From Emiliania huxleyi CCMP1516 (Eukaryota): a stretch of DNA of 64,000 nt. Location of the stretch: contig NW_005201412.1 in assembly GCF_000372725.1 (NCBI RefSeq), positions 124,001-188,000 on the forward strand, written 5' to 3'. The notes beneath the pieces are model-generated. The model was not told where the DNA came from and made no database searches. It saw nothing but the letters and a program-made list of their open reading frames with translations. A program made the translations under genes and the position numbers. Below are positions 36,685-49,953 of this stretch, one piece after another; positions within the stretch are counted from its first letter, which is position 1, and every line of letters begins with the position of its first letter.

Positions 36685-37750
36685 TGTAGGTCGAGTCTTG
36701 GTGGTACGGAGACGGTCACGAGACGGGACGGCCGGGACCTCCGGACTCTAGGACGACGCCACGGGACTCTAGGAGAGAGAGAGTGTGAAGGGAGTCTGGG
36801 CGGGGCTTCGGCCCGACGCCCCCCCCCTCGACGAGTCGACGTACGGCTCTAGTCGAGTAACCGTAACTCGCTTTGTCAATCACAATCTCTTCGGACCTTT
36901 GATGTGAGTCAGGTCGGAGTCCATCGGCGGAGTCGTTGACATTGTGGTCGACGGGGTGCGAACCGATAGCGCAGTGGCGTGTGTCGGCGAGCGAGCCGCA
37001 AGCGCGCGCAAGAGAGAAATCCCTCGATGGATTGGTCGACATTGTGGTCGAGGGTATGCGAACCAATTGCGTAGCGGCGTGTGTCGGCGAGAACCCGTCC
37101 GGGTCCAAAATCCCCCCCTTCAATGTAGTCGCGAAGTTCTGGAGGAGATCGACTGGTCGCAGCTGCGGGTGACTGGCTGACTGATCGCCTTCTGGACTCT
37201 TCATGCAAGTTACATTGGAGCCCATCTGCGGAGCGTTGGAAGTGGCCGAGGTGTCTGACCGGGGTAGGTCGGTGGCGTAGCTTCGGCACCCGGTGTGGCC
37301 GTATGGTAGGCTGGCGTCGTTGCCCTTGGTGGCGCGCGAGTTGGCGGAACGGAACAAAAGGGGCATGACGTGGGTGGCCATACGTGGGCCGCAACTGGAG
37401 GTGGAGCACGGCAAAGTGATGCACGGCTGATGGAAGCGGGGCCGAGCATCGAGTGCGGTTGGAATTTGGCGAGAGAATGGATTGACTTCCCTGTGGGCGA
37501 TTTGTCGGGCCTTGGCGTGTGTAATATAGCACCATTCGGGGCTGGCCCCGGCGCACTCCTCCATGGTGCACTCGCCATGGATGGAGCGCTCGACAAAGCG
37601 TGAATCGTCAGCTTTGCCGCTGTGGTCGCCGGGTTCTTTGAGCTCAGCGGTGAACCAGGATGCGTCGCCTGGTTGTTCGTCCTGTCGCATGGCCTGCGCG
37701 TGGCCGGATGGATCGCAGCGTGGTCCGGCGGAGTCGAGTGCAGCCAAGAT
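36685..37750 (-). mobile_element. Decayed LTR retrotransposon 3' part (Copia-like): polypurine tract plus LTR 37110-36685
   Basis: Minus strand TTGAAGGGGGGGA, then T(T)TTGG...CCTACA (one change from TGTTGG); internal ~55-bp duplication; no partner LTR found. Confidence 0.5.
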
Positions 37751-38135
37751 GTGGAGCCCGGGTCGGGGGTGCCCAAATTTGACGATGGCACCGGAGGCAG
37801 GTGTGAGAGGCCTCTGCTGAGTGTGGGCACCCTAGCAGGCGGCGAGTCGGGCGAGAGGAGCGGGACCGCTGCGGCGGCCCACCGTCGCCGCGCGCGGAGA
37901 GGGCTTCCCTATCGACCTTGCCACCCGTGTCGCCGCCCGACCGAGCGAGGAGCAGGAAGATGACCAGAGACATGCTGTCTTGAGCGTTGAGGGGGGGGGG
38001 GGGGGTTTCGTCTCAGTGACGTAACTCTACGTTTCTCTATTTTTCGGCATCTTCCAAGACGTCGCCTTTGCAGTGCCACACCACTCCCGTAAACGTCGAA
38101 ATTCTTTTCTGGCGCGGTAACTTCACAGCAATAGC

Positions 38136-38950
38136 ATGCTCGCGCTTTCGGTCGCGGTGTGCTCGTTCGTGGCGCCGGCGGGCACCGCCTCGCGCGGCTC
38201 CGTCGCCGCCGCCACCGCCGCTGCGCCCGTCGCTCCGCATGTGCGGATGATGAACCTCTTCGGCCGCACTGGTGCGCCGCAGCCGCGCCACCGACTGCAC
38301 CTCTGTGGCACCGCTGCGCGCTCTGACCTCTGCGCTGCCCCCGCGCGCGTCGCGCCGTAGAGGAGAGCAAGAAGCAGCGTGAGTTCCTCTCCCTGCGCGA
38401 CGCTCCATCGGGGTCCACGCGCGTGCAGTTCCGCAAGCCCAACCAGGCCACGACGGGGCTGACGCTCGGGCTCAAGTTCCGCGAGTCCTTTGGCAAGGCG
38501 GTCTACATCGACCAGATCCTGCCAAACACCGAGGCGTCCCGCCTGGAGAAGTCTGGCAAGATCCAAAAGGGCGACGAGGCGCGCGCTCTCGCTCTCAGCG
38601 TCCTGCCGTGCCCTCTCCCCCCGCCCGCTGGCGCGCTGCAGGGCTGCTCTGAGCGCCCGCTCTGTCCGCGGCCGCAGATTGTCATGGTCTCGGCGACGTT
38701 TGGCGGTGAGATGTGGTCGGCGAAGGGGATCGGTAAGATGCGTCTCGAGAAGAGCATCGCGGTGCGGCAGGGTATGACGATTGACTTTGTGGTGGAGCGG
38801 TCCGGCGAAAAGGACAAGAAGGCGAAGCAAAAGGCGTCGGAGGCGGCCAAGAAGGAGGCGGATAAGATGTCGCGGCTGCAGGCACAGCTCACCAGGGAGG
38901 TCAAGGAGGACAAGCAGGAGTTCTCTCAGAATCCCTTCAAGTTCTGGTGA
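38136..38950 (+). CDS. Plastid-targeted PDZ-domain protein (MET1/ZKT-like PDZ)
   Basis: Signal plus transit-like leader; LGLKF...VYIDQI...IQKGDE|IVMVSATFGGEMW; introns ~38272-38360 and ~38579-38678. Confidence 0.75.
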
Positions 38951-39391
38951 CTTTGAGCGATGCGTGTAATTATGTGGAATGTGCGCCCGTGAGGAGCGGG
39001 TGAGCGTAGTCCGTAGAGTAGAGTTAACCCCCGCATCGTTTTCTTTCAAGAACAGCGCAAGACCAAGAGGCAACGGCCTCTAACTTACGCTCGGCCCCGG
39101 TGCGCGGTGGGGGGTTGGTGCCGCGTGCGACGTGGTCGTGCCGGCCCGCACCGCCTCTACGCTCTGCGGACGGGCCCTCCACCCTTCACGTACGGATGTC
39201 CCCACAATCGCTGTGGGATCGCTTTTCTAAATGCGCTTTGGCACCCTTTTCTCTTTCCTGGACGCTGGTGGCTCGCTCACGGCCCTCTGGTGCTCGGCCC
39301 TCCGCTCACGCGTCTCGCGCTCACGACGCTCGACAGCATCGCCCGTCCAGGAGGTCGATTAGTGACAGCCTGCCGAGGCTTCGTGCTACCG

Positions 39392-41413
39392 ATGCCTGCG
39401 CCAGTCGCGAGACGCGTGGTGGTAGTCGCCGGGCCGACCGCAGTGGGCAAGTCGGCGCTCGGCATGCGACTGTGTGAGGCGCTCCCGGGCGAGCTGGTCT
39501 CTGTCGACTCGGTGCAGGTGAGAGCGACGGCGGACGCCGGCTTACACGTGGGTGCACAGCACTCGGGTCACACATGCACGAGAACGCGACAGCACTCAAA
39601 ATGCCCGTCGCCACACACACCAGCCGGCATGGTGGCACCCTGGGCTCAGGTGTACCGCGGTCTTCAGATCGGCGCCAACAAGCCGTCGGCGGTGGAGCGG
39701 GCGCGCACGGCGCACCACCTCATCGACGTCGCCGAGCTGAGCGACGACTACACCGCCGGCACCTTCTACGCCGACGCACTCACCGCTGTCGACGAGGTCG
39801 TGGGCTGTGGCAGGGGCGGAGCGGAGCCAACAGGCCGAGCGCGAGATTCGAGGCCCGCCAACCCCCGGCCGCAGGTCCTCTCGCGCGGCAAGACGCCCGT
39901 CCTCGTCGGAGGGACGAGCATGTACCTCCGGTGGCTCGTGCACGGCCGCCCGACAGCGCCTCGATCCGACCCAGCGGTCGCCGCGGCGGCGCGCGACGCG
40001 CTGCAGCCATACCAGGAGGCGGCAGACTGGGAAGGCGGGCTTGCGCTGCTGCGCGCGCTCGACGGCCCTCGCGCCGCTCAGCTGTCGGTCCGAGTCTCTC
40101 TCCTCGCCTGCGCGCCTTCCGGGCCGAGGCTCGGCCGCCAGCCGCAGCTCTCGCGTCGCTAGGCAAACGACTGGTACCGCCTGCACCGCGCGCTCGTGGT
40201 GGCGATGCAGACGCGCTCGCAGGCGGCAGCGCTGCCCCCGCCTCCCGACGACTCTGGGCTCGACGCGCTGTGAGCCCCCCGCCCCCGGGAGGCGGGGGCA
40301 GCGCTGCGCTCCGGCGAGCAGAAGGCGCGCCAGCGCCGCCCGTCGAACGAGTGGTAGAGCATCCGCCACGGGCCGCCCGTCAGCGCCGGAGGGAGCACCC
40401 GCGGCCAGGAAGCAAACAGGCCTTCCGCCGCGTCGGCGCTGACGACGGGCTCGGGCTCGCGCGCCCAGCTCAGCCCGCCGTCCTCGCTCGTCGCGCGCCC
40501 GATTCGCATCCGGATGCCGGNNNNNNNNNNNNNNNNNNNNNNNNNNNNNNNNNNNNNNNNNNNNNNNNNNNNNNNNNNNNNNNNNNNNNNNNNNNNNNNN
40601 NNNNNNNNNNNNNNNNNNNNAAAGAAGGGAGGTAGACGACCGCACTCCAAGTACTCCAAATGCCCGGCATGACGAAGAATAGTTGATGATCTAACTACAT
40701 GGCCGGTAGTGAATGAACAGACCATGTGAATGAGTAAATTGCCCCCATCCCCTCCCGCTCCCCCCATCCCCTCCCGCCCCCCATCCCAGGCGCTCGAGTA
40801 CCTGCTGCGGCCCTGCTACGCGCCCCGCGACGCCGACGCCCTCTCCTCCTTCGTCCACGCCTTCGCCGCCGCCTCGCGCCGGTACAGCAGCAGTCGAACT
40901 GGTCCCTGACCTGTCCCTGACACGTCCCTGACACGTCCCGATAGGTACGCGCAGCAGCAGACAAAGTGGTTCCGCTCCGAGCCCTCCTTCGAGTGGGTCG
41001 ACGTCGACTGGTCCGCCCCCGAGGCTGCGGCGGAGCGCGTGCTCGCCTCGGTGCGCAAGCCGCGGCTCGAGCACGAGGACGACCTCGCGGCGCCGCGCCA
41101 GGCGGAGATGCGCGCCGTCAAGCCAGACGAGGGCAAGGCGATGAAGCGGTACGTCGAGCGGCACGACGCGCTCGAAGACTCGGCGGTGTGCGAGGCGCTG
41201 CTGCGCGAGGCGGACGCATGCTGCGAGGCGCTGCAGCACGCGCGTGCCGACCTGCTCGCCGCCGACGAGGCGCTCGCCGAGCGCTACCCGTGGCACGCCG
41301 CGGACGCCGGCGGCGAGGGCGGGACGGGGAGTGCGGCACGCGCAGCTCAAAGAATGTCCGGCTGGAGTGCGGCACGCGGAGCCGAGGCCAGGGAGCCCGG
41401 CGGTGCTTCGTGA
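39392..41413 (+). CDS. miaA: tRNA dimethylallyltransferase (isopentenyltransferase), multi-exon, spans an N gap
   Basis: AGPTAVGKS, VSVDSVQ|VYRGLQIGANKP, HHLID, VGGTSMYL, NDWYRL.RAL, RYAQQQTKWFR. Confidence 0.9.
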
Positions 41414-41987
41414 GTGCGAGACCGCGAGTCTCTTGTGTGGACAGTATGTGGGGAGGGTGGACCGGAGGGGGTGGGAGAAGTTTCCTTTTTTGTGTGCACA
41501 ACCATACGAATAGAACGAAACGCGGACGAGCACGAGGCACGAGCGCACGTACCGCCGCGACGAACACACACTACGACCAGTACGTAACTAGACTCAAGAC
41601 TGGGTCCCCCGCGCCCCGGGTCCGCTGTGCTGTGAGCGCCGGCTGCGCGCGCATCGCGCCATCGGAGATAAAGCCGTAGCTGTGAGAACTGAGAAGTGAC
41701 TGTAGTGTTCGAGAGAGTGCGCGCACCGCATAGAGAGAGGGATCAGTGTTGTGTCCGGAGTGCGGAGAGGAGGGAAGATGCCTAAGCCAGAGTACTGGCT
41801 GCTGCACAAACGCTGTAGACTTGAGGCAGAGTGAGATGCACTCTCTGCAAGGCTAGTAAGAGAGGCCTAGGAGTAATAGTCATGCATCATGCGCAAGGGC
41901 ATTTTGTGGAGGGCGGCTAGAGCCACGCGCCACTGTCGTACTTGGATCGCCTCTCCGCGCAGCGTGCGAGGACGCCGATGCGCGGCC

Positions 41988-43034
41988 TCACGACGGCGCG
42001 GGAGAGGCGGGCGTGAAGAGGCGGAACGCCTCGGCGCGAACGGCGACGTCAAGCGGCGTGAAGCCGATGATGTCGCCGTCCACCATCAGCCGCGCGGGTG
42101 TGTCCGTCTCGAGCCGCACACGGCTCGCCTGCTGCACGTTGAGCAGACTGGTGGCGTGGACGTGCTTGCCGCCGCCCTTGATCATCTCGTCCACCTTGGC
42201 GGCGGTGGCGATCGAGCGGAGCGGCCGCGTGGTGTAGGCGAGGTCGAGCAGGCCGTCGTCGAGCTGCGCGTACGGTGCGAGGCGGTGCCGGACGCCGGTG
42301 TGCTTGTTGACGAAGCAGGAGAAGAGGAAGAGGTCCTCCATCTCTTGCGGCGAGCCTCCGTCCACGCTGAGCGAGCAGGGCAGCTTCTTGCGCCACGGCA
42401 ACTTGAGGATCTCCGTCTTAATGCTCACAGAGTAGCGCATCGAGCCGAGCCAGCGCCGGCGCTCGGCCACCGCGTTGGCATCCGGTCCGAACCCTGCCAT
42501 GACGGTGTTGATGCTGCAGCGTCGGAGCGGCTTCCCGTCAAGGCCAGTCATGTCCAGCTGCTGGCAGTCGACGGCGCGAGAGCGGCCGCCGACGATGGCT
42601 TCGACGGCGGCATGGACGGCAGCGCCGACCGCGGCGCCCGACGCTGGCACCCCGAGCACCTCGCGCATATACGAGTTGCCCGTGCCCGCAGGGATGAATC
42701 CAACTGTGGTCCTCGCGGCCGCGCCGTCGTCGCGAGAGAGAAACCCATCGAGGACCTCGCCAAGGGTACCGTCGCCACCCATGACAAGAAGGGCGTCTAC
42801 GGAGGAGAGGTCCAAAGTCCGCCCAAGCTCCACGCCGTGGCCTGCGTGCTTTGTCGTCTCCACCGTCACCGCGATTCCGGCCTGCTTGAGCAGTGGAAGC
42901 ACGATGGTGTCGGCCAGCTTCGCAGCCCGCTTCTTGCCGCCAGCGGGGTTGTAGACGAGGAGCGCGGATGTGGGCGGGTTTGGCTCAGAGGCCGGCTTTT
43001 TGAAGGGATCGAGGAGCGGAGGGGCCTTCGGCAT
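41988..43034 (-). CDS. Diacylglycerol/sphingosine kinase-family lipid kinase (intronless)
   Basis: YNPAGGK, MGGDGTLGEV, IPAGTGN, APYAQLDDGLLD, VDGD. Confidence 0.92.
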   Translation of the reverse strand: MPKAPPLLDPFKKPASEPNPPTSALLVYNPAGGKKRAAKLADTIVLPLLKQAGIAVTVETTKHAGHGVELGRTLDLSSVDALLVMGGDGTLGEVLDGFLSRDDGAAARTTVGFIPAGTGNSYMREVLGVPASGAAVGAAVHAAVEAIVGGRSRAVDCQQLDMTGLDGKPLRRCSINTVMAGFGPDANAVAERRRWLGSMRYSVSIKTEILKLPWRKKLPCSLSVDGGSPQEMEDLFLFSCFVNKHTGVRHRLAPYAQLDDGLLDLAYTTRPLRSIATAAKVDEMIKGGGKHVHATSLLNVQQASRVRLETDTPARLMVDGDIIGFTPLDVAVRAEAFRLFTPASPAPS

Positions 43035-43257
43035 GTACCGAGCGTACCGCGTACACAGCCGATTCGTGGCAAGGAGAGTCCAAAAGAATTTTAGTATCAA
43101 ACTCCCTCCCACAACACTGGACGGCTAGCGCACCACACTCCTCTCCTTAAAATCCCTGTGTGGTGGCGGCGTGCCGTTCTCCCATCCCTCCCTTGGGGTG
43201 TGTGTTTTCTTTCTTTCTTTTACACTGGGCAAAAGAAAAAACGCACCTCGGAGCGCG

Positions 43258-44310
43258 GCAAGCGGCGTGGCGTGGAGCGGTTGAGCATCCCTCCGGGGGC
43301 CCCTCTGCGCCGGGGAGGCGTTGTTGGAGGCTAGGACGCAAGCGTCCGTCGCCCTTTTCAAACTCGGGGCCCACTCCGCTACGCTCCGACCCGAATTTGG
43401 AGGGCCTAAAAGTTTAAGGTGTTGCTGCGCAAAAGGGGTCGGACACAGGGCGCAGCTCATGCCCCAAGAGCTAGAAGGGGAGCTCGAGAGAACGACTACC
43501 CTGTCCCGTTATTGCGTACACCAACACCACAAAAGCTCTCTCTCTCCTGTCTCCTCACTCAGGGGGGTCACAACTACCGAGTCCCGCGACTAGCTGCCAC
43601 GTTGCCGACCGAGAGCGGATCTCCTCCTGCTCCGCAAGGAGGGTGGCCAAGGCCAAAGTCTTGCCGGAGCCGCCGGGCGCGTTGACGACTTGGAGAAGGT
43701 CGCCCTTGCACTTGTACTTGTAGAGATGCTCGAGGGGGTGCTTTGTGGGGCGGTGCGCAGCCAGGCCAGCAGTGAGGGGAGGCGCACCCTCACTCTCCTC
43801 GGTTGCAGAGCTCGTCGGAGGCTGCGGCACGACGGGAGGGTCGCGATAGCAGTCCTCGGGCGAGCCGACGCGCATGTCCAAAACCAGCGCTGGGACTCGT
43901 TGTGACGGCAGACGCCGGCTGCCTCTCCAACCGCTTCTGCAGCGTCCTTCTTTGCCCGGTGCATGGGCTCGATCCGATTCCGCAGCGTGTCGTCCCCAGC
44001 GGCGGTGCTGCGCGGGAGGCGGCCGCGGGCACGCTGGGCTCGATCAGGAGCTTTCCCTCAGTTGCTCCGAAAGCACGGAATTGGCGGACGTTCTTGGCTT
44101 CAATTTTACGAATCTTGTCAACACAATCGAATGTCTGGCACCAGCTGAAGGATTGCACGGCTCACATCACGCAGTTTGTGCACGGTATTCGGATTTTGCT
44201 ATTTGTTCGTGTGGGGGTATATTGCAGATTTGTCAATGGTACCGCGTCTGCGACGCGGGCGCCTTGCGGGCAGAGCCCTTAGCCACCCTTTATATCTTGC
44301 GCGATCAAAA
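43258..44310 (-). mobile_element. Decayed Helitron-like element carrying a PIF1 helicase motif I remnant (copy A)
   Basis: NAPGGSGKTLALATLLAE...IRS; related copies at 45308-45650, 46005-46640 and inverted at 61645-62435. Confidence 0.55.
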
Positions 44311-45294
44311 TTAAATGATAAAGCAGCAGGGAGAACGACGAGAGTGGGACGACCGCGAGGTGGCATGAAAAGGTTGCAGCGAGAATCGGCGAGGGATTGC
44401 GCGGAAGAGAGATAGGAAGAGGCGGGCGCCGCCCAACCCCAAGCGCCAAGGCGCCTCTGGGGGGAGGCGGGGGCCCCCGGAGGCACCGTGCGCCGCGCAG
44501 CAGTGCGGAAACGGGGCTGCCTCCGGCGCTCATACACATACTCGCTCATACTACCGACTTCCCGATTAAGTACGGTTAAGTAGAGGGCAGATTTGGAGAG
44601 ATCTTGAGGAGTACATACAGATAGACCCTCCAATCATGAGAAACCTCCAACCTGATCGGTCGTACTGACCGCCGACAGATCACTCCAGACAGCAGACAGG
44701 CCGACGTCTGCACGCGGCCGGCCGGGCGAGAGGCTTGACACGATCCGACCCTGCGATCCTGATGCTGCTGCTCTAGCTATCAGACATGCACTGCTGACTG
44801 CTGCCACAATGTGCGACCTGTCCCACTTGGCGGCCTTCCCGGTCAGTGGTGAGGCGCAGTTCAGAGCTGTCGATGGCGCGACGCCGCACTGGTCCCACAT
44901 TGGTGACATGAGACACCACGTTTGCCGGAGGGTCCAAGAGAGAGGCACTGGCGCTGTCCTGAGAAGGTACATGGTCCCTCTTGACTGCCCATGCGCGCGA
45001 GGCTGTGTAGGCATAGCCTCGAGAGTGCCAGCAGCCAATCCGAGGCAGTTTGTGACGCGCATTGCGTCAGAAGCGTGCACGCGATGGAAGGACACCTTCC
45101 TACTGGCCGTACGCATCAGGTCGTCACTGAATGCTGGATACTAAGGCCGCGAGCTATGCAGGTGGTCAATTGTGCAGCAGGGCACGGTCAGCAGCGCCGA
45201 CAGGCTGTCGCAAGGCGTGATAGCATGGCCGCAAGTACGGTACGGCGAATTCCCACGAAACAAGTAAAATAAAGCCAACACCCTCAGCGGAGCT

Positions 45295-46640
45295 GGGAAG
45301 AGGACCGCCGCAAGCGGCGTGGCGTGGAGCGGTTGTGCATCCCTCCGGGGGCCCCTCTGCGCCGGGGAGGCGTTGTTGGAGGCTAGGACGCAAGCGTCCG
45401 TCGCCCTTTTCAAACTCGGGGCCCACTCCGCTACGCTCCGACCCGAATTTGGAGGGCCTAAAAGTTTAAGGTGTTGCTGCGCAAAAGGGGTCGGACACCG
45501 GGCGCAGCTCATGCTAAGAGCTAGAAGAGGAGATAGAGAGAACAACCACCCTGTCCCGTTATTGCGTACACCAACACCACAAAACGCTCTCTCTCTCCTG
45601 TCCTCACTCAGGGGGGTCACAACTACCAAGTCCCTCGACTAGCTGCCACAGGGCGCAGCTGCCACAGGGCGCAGCTGGAGACGCTCCCCCTCAATCGGCA
45701 TCCACCCCCACCCGCTCCAGCCCCACTTCTGCTGCCGAGAGAGCTGAATCGAAGCAAGCGAGCCATTGCATCTTGGCGTGCTCCTGGAGCGCGGCTTTCT
45801 GCTTGGCGGCCACGAGCACGGCGGAGTCGGCGTCGTAGCGCGCAATCGTTCCCGCTCATCGCCCATTCCTCCCACGTGACGTGTGTCGGCCGCGATTCGA
45901 TGTCGCCACCTTCATCGCCAACGAGGACTCCCTCGACTGCAGGGGGGCTCCGGCGCGGGGAGGGACTCCGCCTGCTGCGCTGGCCGACTGCGCCCTCCTC
46001 CTCCATGGGCTCGATCCGATTCCGCAGCGGCGGTGCTGCGCGGGAGGCGGCCGTGCGCCGCGGGCACGTCAGCGGCTTCCCCTCAAGTGGGCGAAAGCAC
46101 CGGACGTTCAGCTTTCAACTTTACGGATGTCTTGGCACCAGCTGAAGGCTTGCACGGCGCAGATCACATGGTTTCTGCACGGTATTCGGATTTTCAGTGT
46201 ATGTAGCTCTTACGAACATACCCGTAGGTGAACTGCTGACAGGGTTTGCGATGAGGAGCGATCCGAACATGGTATTCGGGTGATTAGATCACTACCGCCG
46301 AAGCGCAAGCGCTTGGAGCAAGGGAACTGCCACGTATGGGTCCCAGACTAGCACCCCACCTCGCGGGCCGACGTTCTGGCCCAGCGAGGCTGCTGCGGAG
46401 CACTCGGGGCCGATGTTCTGGCCCAGCGAGGCCGCTGCGGGGCACCCGGCGGCTCGGTTCGCTCATCAGCGCAAACTCGGTCGAGCAGAAAGTAAGGTGT
46501 GTGTGCAAAGGCGGCGCGGCACGGTAATTTTGCTATTTGTTCGTGTGGGGGTATATTGCAGATTTGTCAATGGTACCGCGTCTGCGACGCGGGCGCCTTG
46601 CGTGCAGAGCCCTTAGCCACCCTTTATCTTGCGCGGTCAA
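45295..46640 (-). repeat. Rearranged copy B of the 43258-44310 family
   Basis: Blocks match 43258-43600, 43960-44195 and 44195-44310. Confidence 0.8.
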
Positions 46641-47280
46641 AATCGAGCAAGGAAAAAAACGGGGAAAAATCGGGGTGGGGGCTGGGGGCGTGGGGGGGCT
46701 GGGCGACGCCGACGGCTATACTGGGCTGGGTTTTTAGGCATTGTGGGGTTGGCACTCCCATCGACCCTCATGACCTCCTGCGGTCTCTGAGATGGACACC
46801 AGTGGGTGTGGGACCACAGCCAGGATACACTCGAAGGCTGGGTAAGCAGTAGAGGTCGATACTCGACGCGTACCACATGGTCTGTGTCGCTGTCGGCACG
46901 CTGTCAACAGGACGTCGAGCGACACCGGTGGCAGTGCCACCCAGGAGTGGTCGGGCGGTCTCCCGTCATGAAAGAGCCACAATGTGATCCGTATGATGAT
47001 TCCTGACAACCGCCTCAGTCAACTTTTGTCACAGTTCCCGCTCTGAGAGGAGCTGCGGGTCAGTTCGACAGCTGGAGCTGTGTCGCCGGCGTGCGGCGGC
47101 CTGCCTCCGGAGGTGCCTCTGAGGCGGACATTTTTTGGTCACCGTGAGAGCGAACGCGTTCGAATTTTCACTCCGGAACTTCAACTCTGCACGCACACCG
47201 GCCAGGGCTACAATAGTGCCAGTGAGGCGGAGGCGCGAGTCGGAAGGCCGCGACCGTCAAGTGTTCCCTTCATTTTCCTA

Positions 47281-49938
47281 CTAGAGTGAGGCCCTTGACG
47301 GGCCCCGCCCCCAATGGGGCGGGGTTGAATGGGCTAGCGCTGGCGTGGCGTTGACATGAGCACAAAGTTGCTAATGTGCGTAGACGAACAAACACAGAGT
47401 AGGGTTGAAATCGTCCACGTAAGGCTTAGGGAGTGCTTGGGGTGGCCTCAGGCATCCCCAAGGGAGTCGCAGCGGTGCCCCATAAGCAGCTTAGCGATTG
47501 TCGAACCTCGAAGCGCGTTCGTTTGAAGAAAGGCACACGGTACTATCGGGCCACCGGAGAGTCACCGGTAAACTTCGACACTTAGAGGGGTGAGAGCATG
47601 CATTATTGTGGCATATCATGTCACATAAGGTCGAGCTTGACCGCAGAAGCATCAAGAAGCGGATACTCCAACTCGACTGTGCCGGCAAACTGCCTCCTCA
47701 CGCCGGCCGGCTGCCAGCAGCCGTCGCGGCCCGTGGCGTGCACCAGAGAGGGAGAGAGGTCGAGTCCGCATGGCTCAGGCCGGCCAGAAGGTGTGTGGCG
47801 ACATCACCGTGGCAGGAGTGCGGAGAAGATCTCGCCGAACGCGAGCAGCGGAAGGCCGAAGTGTGCCAGCGCAAGAGCCTCGCGAACGGGTGCAGAAGGA
47901 GCTCGCCGTGACACGATGCCGGGCGGTGGTGGTGCTCTGGCGGCTGTGCACAGTGGGAAAGGTCAGGCTGCAACAGTGTAGCACGATGGTAGTGCCCCGC
48001 TGCAGCCTGGCCTGACATGCACAGGGCGAACAGAGACCTTGCTATCGCCTGGCGCTCGTCTGGGCAAACTTTGACCGCCGCCCGGCTCGCCACGAGCACG
48101 CAGCGACAAAATGATGACCGTGTCGAAGTTGAGGCTGGTCGAGAGGAAGAGGCTGCCGTGCGAGCCGGCAACTGGCTGGCTCGGCGTGAACGGCCGGCGG
48201 CGACTTTTTGCCGAAGAGCGTGCCTGCCGAAGAGCGAGTCTGACTCAAAGTGCACGGAGTGGGTGCCGCCGACCGTCGGGAAGAGTCCGATGGGTGCCAG
48301 GAGGATCCAGAGAGCGATGAAGGCGCAAATTGCGCCGCCGAAAGCGGCGGTAGAGGCCAGGACGTGCGCGTGGGCCGGTCGGGCCACGTCCCGGGGCGAG
48401 CGATCGAGGGCCGCGGGGCTCGCCCCGCCGGCCGAGCGGTGCGAACGGCCGGTCGCCCGCTTCGGGTTGGACCCGCCGGGCGGTCCGGCGGCGGATGGCA
48501 CGGCCGGGCGGGCCCCGGGAGGCAGGCGGGGCCGCGACAGGCGGCAGGGCAGAAAATCCCATTTCGGAGAGTGGTTGGACAGACCCGGTTGCTACTTTCA
48601 ATGATAGGACTAGAGTGAGGCCCTTGACGGGCCCCGCCCCCAATGGGGCGGGGTTGAATGGGCTAGCGCTGGCGTGGCGTTGACATGAGCACAAAGTTGC
48701 TAATGTGCGTAGACGAACAAACACAGAGTAGGGTTGAAATCGTCCACGTAAGGCTTAGGGAGTGCTTGGGGTGGCCTCAGGCATCCCCAAGGGAGTCGCA
48801 GCGGTGCCCCATAAGCAGCTTAGCGATTGTCGAACCTCGAAGCGCGTTCGTTTGAAGAAAGGCACACGGTACTATCGGGCCACCGGAGAGTCACCGGTAA
48901 ACTTCGACACTTTGAGGGGTGAGAGCATGCATTATTGTGGCATATCATGTCACATAAGGTCGAGCTTGACCGCAGAAGCATCAAGAAGCGGATACTCCAG
49001 CTCGACTGTGCCGGCAAACTGCCTCCTCACGCCGGCCGGCTGCCAGCAGCCGTCGCGGCCCGTGGCGTGCTCCAGAGAGGGAGAGAGGTCGAGTCCGCAT
49101 GGCTCAGGCCGGCCAGAAGGTGTGTGGCGACGGCACCGTGGCAGGAGTGCGGAGAAGAGCTCGCCGAACGCGAGCAGCGGAAGGCCGAAGTGTGCCAGCG
49201 CAAGAGCCTCGCGAACGGGTGCAGAAGGAGCTCGCCGTGACACGATGCCGGGCGGTGGTGGTGCTCTGGCGGCTGTGCACAGTGGGAAAGGTCAGGCTGC
49301 AACAGCGTAGCACGATGGTAGTGCCCCGCTGCAGCCTGGCCTGACATGCACAGGGCGAACAGAGACCTTGCTATCGCCTGGCGCTCGTCTGGGCAAACTT
49401 TGACCGCCGCCCGGCTCGCCACGAGCACGCAGCGACAAAATGATGACCGTGTCGAAGTTGAGGCTGGTCGAGAGGAAGAGGCTGCCGTGCGAGCCGGCAA
49501 CTGGCTGGCTCGGCGTGAACGGCCGGCGGCGACTTTTTGCCGAAGAGCGTGCCTGCCGAAGAGCGAGTCTGACTCAAAGTGCACGGAGTGGGTGCCTCCG
49601 ACCGTCGGGAAGAGTCCGATGGGTGCCAGGAGGATCCAGAGAGCGATGAAGGCGCAAATTGCGCCGCCGAAAGCGGCGGTAGAGGCCAGGACGTGCGCGT
49701 GGGCCGGTCGGGCCACGTCCCGGGGCGAGCGATCGAGGGCCGCGGGGCTCGCCCCGCCGGCCGAGCGGTGCGAACGGCCGGTCGCCCGCTTCGGGTTGGA
49801 CCCGCCGGGCGGTCCGGCGGCGGATGGCACGGCCGGGCGGGCCCCGGGAGGCAGGCGGGGCCGCGACAGGCGGTAGGGCAGAAAATCCCATTCGGAGAGC
49901 GTGTGGTCCGACCCGTCTGCTTCTTTCAATGATAGGGA
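47281..49938 (-). mobile_element. Two head-to-tail 1329-bp non-autonomous Helitron-like units (47281-48609, 48610-49938)
   Basis: On the minus strand each unit starts TCC(C)TATCATTGAAAG and ends with hairpin CCCCGCCCC-ATTG-GGGGCGGGG, 18 nt, then CTAG; junction CTAG|TC. Confidence 0.75.
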
Positions 49939-49953
49939 CTATCCCTCGAGACC

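Noticed and set aside
44330..45290. ORFs between repeat copies A and B
   Set aside because: Short, motif-free and embedded in transposon debris.
47491..49929. ORFs inside the 1329-bp units as a Rep/helicase, Fanzor/TnpB or rRNA repeat
   Set aside because: No HUH, helicase, RuvC or rRNA motifs recognised; several frames are open, as expected at this GC content.
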